Shown: positions 1 to 8,461 of the stretch, in pieces | Position numbering within the stretch: position 1 is the stretch's first letter | Layout of the letters: each line of letters opens with the position of its first letter | DNA from: Macrostomum lignano | Taxonomy: Eukaryota | Length of the DNA stretch: 29,554 nt | Direction: 5' to 3' | Assembly (NCBI GenBank): GCA_002269645.1 | Contig: NIVC01004981.1 | Location: 1 to 29,554, forward strand | The notes under the pieces: model-generated | What the model was told of the DNA's origin: nothing | Database searches by the model: none | The model's input: only the letters and a program-made list of their open reading frames with translations | Translations under genes and position numbers: made by a program

Positions 1-161
1 TACTCCGCTTAGTTTACGCTCGTAGTAGTGAGAATGGACTCGAATTTTCGTTCGCGTTAGTCAATTTAGACTTATTCGAATTGTCTGTAACCTAAGAATT
101 GCTAATGTACTGAGCGACCTCACTGCTCTTTATCTTATGTGAGTGCCTTTTCAACTTCGTG

Positions 162-169
162 GCCTAAAC
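162..169 (+). repeat. 8-bp target-site duplication, left copy (GCCTAAAC)
   Basis: Immediately precedes the TIR; identical to 1786-1793. Confidence 0.95.
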
Positions 170-262
170 CAAGGACAACTTAATAACTCAGGACGGAAAC
201 GAGCCAATTCATGCGAAAAAAGTATGAGGCTCGTTTTAAAAGCATTGTTCTATGGCCCATCC
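170..262 (+). repeat. Left terminal inverted repeat (93 bp)
   Basis: Its reverse complement matches 1691-1785 with only a handful of substitutions and 1-nt indels. Confidence 0.95.
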
Positions 263-553
263 GTATGCGCATGCTTTCAGTTGCCAGTGTATACTCGTAT
301 GATATTTTAATTTTTGATAAGCAGTCAGAAGGCGGGTGCAGGGTCGGTTTTCTTAAATGTTGAATAGTTTTATTACATAAACGTCGTGAAAATACACAAT
401 GGGAAAGCTGTACATGCAGTATATGTATAAGGAAACTCGAGAAAAATTTACGATACTTCTTCATCTGAACTACAAATAGAGAGGAAAATAACAGTCACAG
501 AACGGGACAAGAGCTGACTATGGTAAATAGTGAAGTGTTTGCTCCAGGCTCGC

Positions 554-739
554 TCACTGTCCACTCAGCTTCAGTATTTTTCTATCGTGCACTTTATCCG
601 ACGAAGGAGCGCTCTTTGCTCCTCGTTGAACATAACCCTTGAAGAAACAGTTGGTGAGCGCGCACGCAGCATCCAGAACATCTGCTTCAGGGAAGTAAAA
701 CTCGCTAACGGCAGCAAACAATTCGACTTTCGACCTCAC
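554..739 (-). pseudogene. C-terminal remnant of P-type transposase
   Basis: ...ALTNCFFKGYVQR...DRKILKLSGQ* resembles, from memory, the NCFFK...basic-KL termini of invertebrate P-like transposases; lies inside the TIRs, downstream of THAP. Confidence 0.5.
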
Positions 740-784
740 TTTCGACGTCCACTGTAGAGTTTTTACAAACGATTTATGATAGCT

Positions 785-1165
785 TCAAGTTGCGACCAAT
801 ACTTTAATGTTGGTTGAAATCCAAGCAGATCTCGAACCGCAACTGGTGAGTGTAACCGAAAGCATCGCACGGAATAGTTTGGGTGAAACGAAAACTCGCA
901 GAACCATTTCGGCATTGGCGCTTAACGAGAAGATAAACACCTCCTCTTGAACAATGGTAACAATAAGCTGATGTGCTTTGATGACGTCTGAACAGTGAAT
1001 GGATGCTCGGAATTCAGTCCACGATGGCAGCGTGTCACGCTCTCGAAATTCTACTAGTTCATCTTGGAAAAGGCATCGTTCGGACAACAGCACGCCCCTT
1101 CCCTCAGCCTGTCGACTGGCACGCACTGCAATATCAAGCACGCATCTTAGTGTTTCGTTTCGACC
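785..1165 (-). pseudogene. Post-THAP transposase segment (probable exon 3), ending in a stop near the deletion junction
   Basis: Open frame of 126 codons after a ...TCAAATAG acceptor; position fits the segment following THAP. It is one base out of phase with my predicted exon-2 donor (1230). Confidence 0.5.
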
Positions 1166-1230
1166 CTATTTGATGAAGTGCAAAATACGCTCGAATATTT
1201 GAATTAAAGCAGTAGAAAACCTTCACAAAC

Positions 1231-1591
1231 CTTGTGTTTGAACGAGGCAGGACTGCGGGACTCCGTCGAAAACTGATGGTGGATGTAGCGGCCTTTCATT
1301 TCTTCCCTTTTTTATCATTGGTGCATCTTGAGGCCAGTGCTTAGCACACACGCCCATGTAGTCTGTCACGGTCTAAACAACAACAAAATTGTTAATGAAT
1401 TCATGTGGCCAGGCTAAATCTGATTCACAAAGCACATTTGAAGAAAGTCTTACCGTCAGTTGATTAGGCAGTGACAGCCGCCAAGCCTCTCGTTCAGTTG
1501 CATCCTTAGGAAACGAAAATACTGCAACATTCCGATCACGGTTACTATTGTAGTTTGCACAACAGAAAATGACGCTGCATTTTCTCGGCAT
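1231..1591 (-). CDS. THAP zinc-finger (C2CH) N-terminus of P-element transposase, two exons (1591-1454, 1372-1231)
   Basis: Exon 1 MPRKCSVIFCCANY...VFSFPKDATEREAWRLSLPNQLT; 81-bp intron (GTAAGA...TTGTTTAG, 1453-1373); exon 2 TVTDYMGVCAKHWPQDAPMIKKGRNERPLHPPSVFDGVPQSCLVQTQ. Splicing restores C-x4-C...FP...W...C-x2-H-W...P-x-x-F. The ORF track misses this because it reads into the intron. Confidence 0.85.
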
Positions 1592-1690
1592 GATATTTAG
1601 TTTCAGCAAGAATAAAAGTTCTCTCTCTCAATTGCAAGTGCATGCGAAGAATTCAATTTTCAGCTCAGATCTCTTCGCTTTCGTAGCTTT

Positions 1691-1785
1691 GGATGGGCCA
1701 CAGAACAATGCTTTTAAACGAGCCTCATACTTTTTTTGCCATGAATTGGCTCGTTTCCGGTCCTGAGTTTATCAAGTTGTCCTTG
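1691..1785 (-). repeat. Right terminal inverted repeat (95 bp)
   Basis: GGATGGGCCACAGAACAATGCTTTTAAACGAGCC...AAGTTGTCCTTG is the inverted copy of 170-262. Confidence 0.95.
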
Positions 1786-1793
1786 GCCTAAAC
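1786..1793 (+). repeat. 8-bp target-site duplication, right copy (GCCTAAAC)
   Basis: Immediately follows the TIR; identical to 162-169. Confidence 0.95.
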
Positions 1794-1901
1794 CATATTT
1801 GAAGGAATATTAACCTATTTTGTCTAACTCATGGAATTCATTGAAGGTTAATTATGTAATTTTTTTAACTTCTTAGTCTTTGGTAAAATACAATGTTAAA
1901 G

Positions 1902-1970
1902 CAGCGACTTCTGCGATATAAATATCCAGTCCCTTCTTTCTATGGTAAATGTATATCGCAGAAGTCCCTG
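1902..1970. other. Stem-loop with a perfect 15-bp inverted repeat (1906-1920 / 1952-1966)
   Basis: GACTTCTGCGATATA ... TATATCGCAGAAGTC, 31-nt spacer; extends 3 more pairs after one mismatch. Confidence 0.8.
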
Positions 1971-2619
1971 ATAAAACCAATGAATCGAGCTTCTCCATTT
2001 CTATGATTTTTCGGCACAGGAAATGTACGATTGTACGTCAGATATAAAATTAACATGGAATTTTAATTTTATCAGCAAAAGGCTCTTTTACTATGAATAT
2101 AGCTATAAGAAAGCGGAAAAATGAAATCCTTTATTCCCCGTAATGTATTTTTCGAAAACATCTGCCTCAAAATTTTTCCAACTTTCTACTTGAGTAGTCC
2201 TTGCCAAGATGTGTCCATTAGTTTAACGGCCGATGAGGCAGTTGGGTCAGTTTGCTCTGATGTAGGTTCTCCATTCGTTTAGTGTGTAGAGCCGATGCCT
2301 TTTACTTGCATTTTCACTTGGCGCTGACATGAAAAACGGATTGAGCATTCTTTCTGCCCAGTCTTTAACAAGAATTGAACGCATTTCCTCGCACCAAACC
2401 CTCGCCTCTCGGAAGGCCCTGCAGCTAAGTCAAATAAGTCAGGAGCCTTTTCTTCAAAATATGAACATAAAAAGAACAAATCAATTAGTTTTTTTCGACG
2501 AATGAACTGACGTAGAGTCCAAAGACAAAGTCTCTACCAACGTTGTTCCACGCGGTGACTATCCTGATCTAAAGTACTGCGTTATACACGTGGACGCTGA
2601 CAACCGTTTAGGCGCCTCC

Positions 2620-3127
2620 GACAAGGCGCCTCTAAGGTGGATCCCCGGGCACTCGGGCCACCCGGCAACGAGTTGGCAGATCGTCTGGCCAAAACTGACT
2701 CGACCGGTTTTTTTACTGGTCCCCTGCCCGTGCCCCCACCTCCACCGCCGTTGTCACCACTCGGATCAACCAGTGGGTGCCATCAAAGCACAGGAAGAGG
2801 TGGGCTAACGCCCTTGACTGTCGGCAATCTCTCGCGGCTGTCCACTCTCCTCCCGCTCTGCGCAGGGCCCTGCTTGGACTCAACCGCAGGGACATCAGGG
2901 CGGTGACCATGGTCCTCTCGGGTCATGGCTGTTTTTGCCAGGCATCGTCACCTCCAGGGAAAATCCGTCGCGAGGAATGCCCATTCTGCATCTACGGTGT
3001 CGAGAATGCGGAGGACTTCATCTGTGAATGCCCCGCCTTTACTCAGGACAGGCTCACCTACCTCGGCCCAAACCCTGACCTCTCCGACGTTTTCAGGCCC
3101 GAGAATCTCTGCCGGCTCGTCCGCTAT
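2620..3127 (+). mobile_element. Decayed 3' fragment of a non-LTR retrotransposon (RNase H end + C-terminal Cys/His motif; R1/LOA/I-group-like)
   Basis: RNase H motif LRWIPGHSGH(P)GNELADRLAK across a 1-nt frameshift; then [15 protein letters not shown]...[20 protein letters not shown]...[30 protein letters not shown]. Several frameshifts. Confidence 0.85.
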
Positions 3128-3329
3128 CATCCACCTCCTGGACTCCTTGGAGGGGAACCGCGATGTGGACACCGGCACCACCAGATCTCCCTGCGCAACA
3201 CCGCAGCACCAGCTGTCCGTGGTCGCCAGGGGTTAGTGGAATGGGCGGCGACGCCTCCCCGCTGCATCCGGATGCCCGGAACCCCTGTAGCTGAGTAAAA
3301 TGAGTACGCTGACGGACTCGCCCGAACAG

Positions 3330-3391
3330 CGAGTCACCAAAGTCGCGGCGAAAATCGAGTCACCAAAGTCGCGGCGAAAATCGAGTCGCCC
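3330..3391 (+). repeat. 26-bp direct tandem repeat x2 plus partial (CGAGTCACCAAAGTCGCGGCGAAAAT)
   Basis: Exact copies at 3330-3355 and 3356-3381, followed by CGAGTCGCCC. Confidence 0.9.
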
Positions 3392-3519
3392 ATGTGGCAT
3401 CTTTTTGCAGCGCCGGCCTGGTCCGTCCAAACGACCTGTTTTATGTCAGCGACTCCAGCTGGCGGGCCACATCATCCGCACTGAGTCGTAATGCCCACAG
3501 CTGGTGCAGGTGTAGGAGG

Positions 3520-3578
3520 TGCTGCTGCTGCTGCTGTTGTTGTTGTTGTTGTTGTTGTTTTTGTTGTTGTTGTTGTTT
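3520..3578. repeat. Compound trinucleotide microsatellite (CTG)n(TTG)n
   Basis: Read directly; explains the poly-L, poly-C and poly-N ORFs in the track. Confidence 0.95.
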
Positions 3579-3659
3579 TTGATACGACCCAAAGCGCGAA
3601 TTAGCTTTTCCACGGTGGGTGTTTCTTCAACCATTCCCAATTTTTTTGGCCTTACATGG

Positions 3660-3846
3660 TCAAGCGCTGAGGTCGCTCAGTTTTATGAGGCCCCACGACC
3701 TTCTTCTCAACTCCGTGTCCGCGTAGTCCAGCAGGTGCTCAATCGACTCATCCTCCTCTCCGCACATCCAGCGGAGAGCCAGCTCGAGTGAGTGCCCCGT
3801 TCTGCCCCTTCTGAAGCTGGCTTCCTCCACCCGGCTATCGAACTCG
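3660..3846 (-). mobile_element. Second decayed non-LTR retrotransposon 3' fragment, opposite orientation
   Basis: Minus-strand frame absent from the ORF track reads FRRGRTGHSLELALRWMCGEEDESIEHLLDYADTELRRRSWGLIKLSDLSA*, resembling the RTGH...CxxCGEEDESxEHLL C-terminal motif; followed downstream by an (AAC)n run that could be its tail. Confidence 0.5.
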
Positions 3847-4135
3847 GGTCCCGGCTTCCATGCTTGGTGCTACCAGATGTCTTCTGCTGCTGCTGTCATT
3901 ACAGGTACCCAGTGTTTCATGCTGTTTCATTGTTGTTTTTTGATACAAAATAATCTTCAGTAGAACAAATATTTAATCAAATATTCCTGACTTAACAAAA
4001 CAGCTCTGTAGCATGGCGGACTTGTAGCGATGGTTTCGTTGTCTTTGTGATTTTCTCAAAATATTTTTACAACAATTGCTTTTGCAGGAACGGTAACTAC
4101 GCATGGGAACTACAAATGTGACTAAGCAGTATTAA

Positions 4136-4168
4136 TTTATTTAACGGTGTTAACTTATTCAATTTATT
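4136..4168 (-). terminator. Candidate polyadenylation signals (AATAAA x2) of the kelch-like gene
   Basis: TTTATT on plus at 4136-4141 and 4163-4168, about 270-300 nt past the stop codon. AT-rich context, so weak. Confidence 0.35.
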
Positions 4169-4434
4169 CAATATGTTTTCTAGAAAATGTCCCTATTAAA
4201 AAGCAGTACACAAGGCATTCTTTAAATCAGAAAATCTCATAAGGTTATAAACTGCCCTCTACGCACTTTACAACCACTACCTACGAAATTTACTCTCTAC
4301 ACTCCTTTATCCTATTTCAGACGTGTGCAATTTACACCCAAAAAATTCAAGCATTTAAACTTCTCGGCGTACGTACATCTTTCATTACATGATACACAGT
4401 GGTACACCTCAGTCAGACTAATACTTCAGGCCCG

Positions 4435-4794
4435 CTAGCTAGCTAATGCGCCGCTTCTCCTAGTTGACAGGAGCGGTTCAATCAGGTAGCAGTCGGTGAT
4501 GGTGCAGCAGCTGCAAGCCGAGTTTGCAATTTCCAGTCGAATGCTCGAGTCCCAGACGCCGTCCATTTTGTAAACCTCCACTGACCGCACCGTGGACCGG
4601 GTTTCGTCTGACCAGCCTCCGATAGCGTAAATGCGATCGTGCAGTACGGCTGAGCAGAAGTTGCTCCTCTGGGTGAGCATCGGGGCAACCTCTGTCCAGA
4701 CGTTTGTCTCAGGATCATAGCGCTCCACAGAGGCCAGTCGTTGGACGCCGTTGTTGCCACCCATAACAAAGATGCACCGTTGAAATGCACAAAC
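4435..4794 (-). CDS. Kelch-like gene last exon: Kelch 5-6 and stop
   Basis: Acceptor TAAACAG|GTT; IFVMGGNNG...ERYDPETNVW, IYAIGGW. Confidence 0.92.
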   Translation of the reverse strand, partial: VCAFQRCIFVMGGNNGVQRLASVERYDPETNVWTEVAPMLTQRSNFCSAVLHDRIYAIGGWSDETRSTVRSVEVYKMDGVWDSSIRLEIANSACSCCTITDCYLIEPLLSTRRSGALAS

Positions 4795-7700
4795 CTGTTT
4801 AGGGGGAGAATACTTAATTGATCTGAGAAACAGCAAGGGCGTTTATAGACGACACCCTGTGCGTCAGGGTCTGGCTTCACACTGTGTGCGTCAGGGGCTG
4901 GCTTCACACTGTGTGCGTCAGGGGCTGGCTTCACACTGTGTGCGTCAGGGTCTGGCTTCACACTGTGTGCGTCAGGGTCTGGCTTCACACTGTGTGCGTC
5001 AGAGTTCGGCGTCACACTGTGTGCGTCAGGGTCTGGCTTCACACTGTGCGTCAGGGTCTGGCTTCACACTGTGTGCGTCAGAGTTCGGCGTCACACTGTG
5101 TGCGTCAGGGTCTGGCTTCACACTGTGCGTCAGGGTCTGGCTTCACACTGTGTGCGTCAGAGTTCGGCGTCACACTGTGTGCGTCAGGGTCTGGCTTCAC
5201 ACTGTGCGTCAGGGTCTGGCTTCACACTGTGTGCGTCAGAGTTCGGCGTCACACTGTGTGCGTCAGGGTCTGGCTTCACACTGTGCGTCAGGGTCTGGCT
5301 TCACACTGTGTGCGTCAGAGTTCGGCGTCACACTGTGTGCGTCAGGGTCTGGCTTCACACTGTGCGTCAGGGTCTGGCTTCACACTGTGTGCGTCAGGGT
5401 TCGGCGTCACACTGTGTGCGTCAGGGTCTGGCTTCACACTGTGTGCGTCAGGGTTCGAGGACATCGAACTATGTATGCATATCAACTTTTGCGTCAACTT
5501 GTCCGTCAGATACGAGTATTAGTCGCTGCGTGACAAGCACAAGCGAGCAACAAGGCTATTTACTATGTAGTGTAAAATGAACTCACCGACAGCCCGGATC
5601 TTCCAGTAGACATTGGCACCAGCACCGTCCACTGGTTAGCAGTCGGGTCGTACTGCTCCGATGTGGCTAAGAATCTGGAGCCGCTGAACCCGCCGCAGAT
5701 GTACACTAGCCCGTTCAAAGAGGTGGCGCCGGCATCGCTGCGTACATTGTGCATCGGAGCCAGCCGATGCCACCGATTGGCCACCGGGTCATAGGACTCG
5801 GTGCTGGCCAGCCGCTGCTGCCCGTTGTGGCCTCCCATTGCATACAGTCTCCCACGGCATCGACAGGCGCTCAAAAAGTTGCGCTGTTCGTGCATCGCTG
5901 CGCGCTCGCGCCAGACGCGCTGGCGTAGAGAATAGGCGCTGACCCGAGCTGTGGGGCCCTGCGCCTCAGTCTGCGCCTCGTCGTCCGATTTCGGTTGCAC
6001 AAAGCCGCCAATGAGGTAGACAATGTTTTCCAGCTCGATGCAGGCCGAGTATGCGTGCCTGCGTGGATAAGCAGCGCTACTGATCAGTAGTAAGATCGGG
6101 ATATTTTAAAAACAACGTTTGAAATTTCATCAAACCTTCAGCTCATATCGCAACCCCTCGCCACTTGACTCAAACCTCTGCATTTCACGACTTCCCCTTC
6201 TAGAGCAGTAACTCTTCCGACTCTCGCTCCAAAGCCCCTCTGAGCTGATACTCAGCGAATGGCCCTATTATTGAGGTTCTAGCACAGAACTTAGCCAGAG
6301 CTCAGTCAAAATAAATACACGTATTTGAATATAGACTTTCAACACAATGCCTCTATTGAGAATTAGGGAGGCAACAAAGAATGGAATAAAGCTTTTTGAA
6401 GAAACTTAATGTAGCTTCTGACCTCTTAGCCTTAGCATCTTAATAATTATACCCCCGTAAGCCTTGACATCTCACAATTCCCCCTGTCAGCCTTGACTAT
6501 TGCTGCAAAATTGACTATTAACCAATAAAACCCAATCAGAAGTCACTTATTGAATGACTATCACCTGGTGTCCATGGCCGGCAGGTAGGTGTCGTGTCGC
6601 ACCCAGCCGCAGCCGTTCGGGTCGAACACCTGCACAGACGTCGACGGCGCAATGGAGGGATCGTGAAGGCTGCCTTCCCAGCCGCCGCAGAGGAAAATCG
6701 CTTGGTGCGGCAGTCGCGGCAGCAGCAACTCCCAGATAATTGTCGGGTTGCTGGCCCTCATGGCCAGGTAGTGCAACCTGCTGGTTGCAGCGATGGTTGC
6801 CCAACTCAGAACCGAGTCGGTATCCGCAGAGGTGTTCCTGGCCAGGCGGTGCCCAGAGATTTTGGTCCGGTCGGACTCGGTCAGCCGGCCCAGCCTGATG
6901 AGGCTGAGCAGGCTAGGAAAATGTCTTAACCGGCGGTTCTCGTCGGCCTCCACCCAGTGGCAGACAATTTCGAATAACTGAAATTCATTTGGCGCGTTCA
7001 GGTAGTCGCTTTTTAGCAGCTGGCGCATCTGATCGTAAGTGGCGCAGCTAACGAACTGCGGCTGCTCGGCCGCTTCAAAAAAATGACACATGGCGTAGTC
7101 GAGAGCGATCTTCTCGAGCAGGCCGCAGCAGCACTCGGGATCCGACGCCGCCGACACCACCAGCCAGCAGCTTTGAAGCGTCAGGCCGCGCCGTGCCCCG
7201 CTCAAGATGGCATCCAGCCGTCGGGGCACGCCGAAAAATTTTGCGGACTTTAGGCGAGACTTTAACCGATCGGCGCTGCTGAACAGCTTCGCCAGATCGG
7301 CGTCAGGATCAGCCGACCGCACTGGCGAGGCGTCATTGGCGCGGGCCACCTGCAAGGCGATGTTTTGGTCAGCTACTCAGTTTGCAGGGAAGGGGCATTG
7401 GGCCCTGCCTCAAATCAAGGCGTTAGTCAAAACCAGAACAGTCATGCTCGTTTCGCTGGCCCCTGAGCACGTGTACTCGTACAGGAATGCACTCCTTAAG
7501 GTGGATAGTGGCTCTGACTTTCATCGGGGTTGGCCATCATGGGGCCCTCAAGAATTGCACAAGCTCTGGGCCAATTTTCGCGCATGATCGTCCCACAAAG
7601 TAACGCTGAATCGAAACCGGATTTTTTTTATTAGGGCACCGGGCTGTGTGCTCCCTTGGCGCACTTGAAGCGACATTGTCACTCAACCGGAGCAGGCACA

Positions 7701-8461
7701 CAAGCGTGCGGATACGTACGCAATCATACGCACCGGCACACACTCACACAGGAGTGTTTTTTGTTTAGAGGCAGGGGGTTGTGTGCACCCTGGCGCACTT
7801 TAAGCGACATAGGCACACAACCGGCGAGAGGCATTACTGCCCATTCCGCCGACTCCCCTGAGCAGGCATACAAGCGCGCGGATACGTACGCAGGCACACA
7901 CTCACACAGGAGTGTACAGCGGCCCTAACTTTATTTTATCGTTAGGCATGTACACTTCACTGCGCTTTGGGGGGTTGGGCCTCAGGGGCGTTAGCTCGTA
8001 ATTGCACGAGCAGAGCCAAGCCGAGATTCCAATTCAGCCCCAAATTAATGTAACTGCACTTGGAATCGAGCCTGGGCCGCTGGCACATCAGAGCGCCGCG
8101 CCAGACCACTGGGCTACGGCCCCCATCAAATCCGGATACTTTGGCGTGGGAGTCAGAGTCAAACTTAATCGCTAAATCCCCCCCCCTACCTTGGCGATGT
8201 AGTCAAGGACGTCTTCGACTGCGTCGATATCGGGATAGTCCAGCCGAGTGACCCGGGACAGAGAGCCGTTCTGGGCCTCTGCGTGGGCCCGCTGAGCAGA
8301 GAATGCTTTGTAGAAATAGCTCGAGTTGCTGGCCAGAGCCGTGCTGTTCACCTGGAAGGCCCGCTCATTGTTTACTACAACAGTCCAGTCGGCCAAGTGC
8401 TGGTCCTTGATGCTCCACGGAGTCGAGGAAGGCGGAATCAGCATGCCGCGGCCCTGCATAT
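4435..8461 (-). CDS. Kelch-like protein (BTB-BACK-6 Kelch), KLHL10-like; coding exons 8461-8190, 7349-6565, 6058-5587, 4794-4435
   Basis: GT-AG junctions with matching phases (0, 2, 0). BTB (DWTVVVNNERAFQVNSTALASNSSYF), BACK (LNAPNEFQLFEIVCHWV), six GG-containing Kelch blades. RSDAGATSLNGLVYICGGF and RSNFCS resemble KLHL10-type blades; orthology not verified. True 5' end unresolved. Confidence 0.88.
4858..5457. repeat. Intronic minisatellite, ~23 units of 25/27 bp with a 79-bp higher-order repeat
   Basis: Units GTGCGTCAGGGTCTGGCTTCACACTGT, a 25-bp variant lacking one GT, and an AGAGTTCGGCGTC variant recurring at 5001, 5080, 5159, 5238, 5317. Confidence 0.95.
5587..6058 (-). CDS. Kelch-like gene exon: Kelch 2-4
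   Basis: Acceptor CACGCAG|G; donor TCG|GTGAGT; VYLIGGF, LYAMGGHNG, VYICGGFSG. Confidence 0.92.
6565..7349 (-). CDS. Kelch-like gene exon: BTB end, BACK, Kelch 1
   Basis: Acceptor TTGCAG|GTG; donor ACCAG|GTGATA; AIFLCGGWEG...VQVFDP...GW. Confidence 0.88.
7440..8117 (-). mobile_element. tRNA-derived SINE cluster: one copy with head, duplicated 3' part, and an older diverged copy
   Basis: Minus-strand head 8117-8062 GTAGCCCAGTGG (A box)...GGCTCGATTCC (B box); body blocks shared with 24190-24545; about 7645-7757 duplicates about 7791-7915; diverged fragment 7440-7620 with B-box remnant (GAATCGAAACC on plus). Confidence 0.75.
8190..8461 (-). CDS. Kelch-like gene exon: BTB N-terminal half
   Basis: Acceptor TTCAAG|AT ATG; donor GCCAAG|GTAG at 8189. 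Confidence 0.8.

Larger units (their letters stand above)
170..1785 (-). mobile_element. Non-autonomous, internally deleted P-superfamily (THAP) DNA transposon, 1,616 bp
   Basis: Starts CAAGGACAACT (170) and ends AGTTGTCCTTG (1785); ~94-bp TIRs; identical 8-bp flanks GCCTAAAC (162-169, 1786-1793); internal THAP-domain exons. An 8-bp TSD plus THAP is diagnostic of the P superfamily. Too short for a full transposase and no catalytic core recognisable. Confidence 0.92.

Noticed and set aside
180-464. ORFs 180-464 (-) and 1569-1766 (+) sharing KRASYFF
   Set aside because: The shared peptide is just the TIR read from each end; no other coding signal.
2279-2479. 66-aa minus-strand ORF between the transposon and the LINE fragment
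   Set aside because: No motif recognised and no ATG start; cannot be supported as a gene.
3394-3791. Poly-Cys, poly-Leu and poly-Asn ORFs
   Set aside because: Products of the (CTG)n(TTG)n microsatellite.
4482-5580. ORFs of 169-224 aa over the 25/27-bp array
   Set aside because: They are translations of the minisatellite in several frames inside a kelch intron.
8062-8117. tRNA gene (also 19836-19897)
   Set aside because: A and B boxes are present but I cannot fold a full cloverleaf with an acceptor stem, and the sequences continue into repeat bodies, so they are SINE heads.
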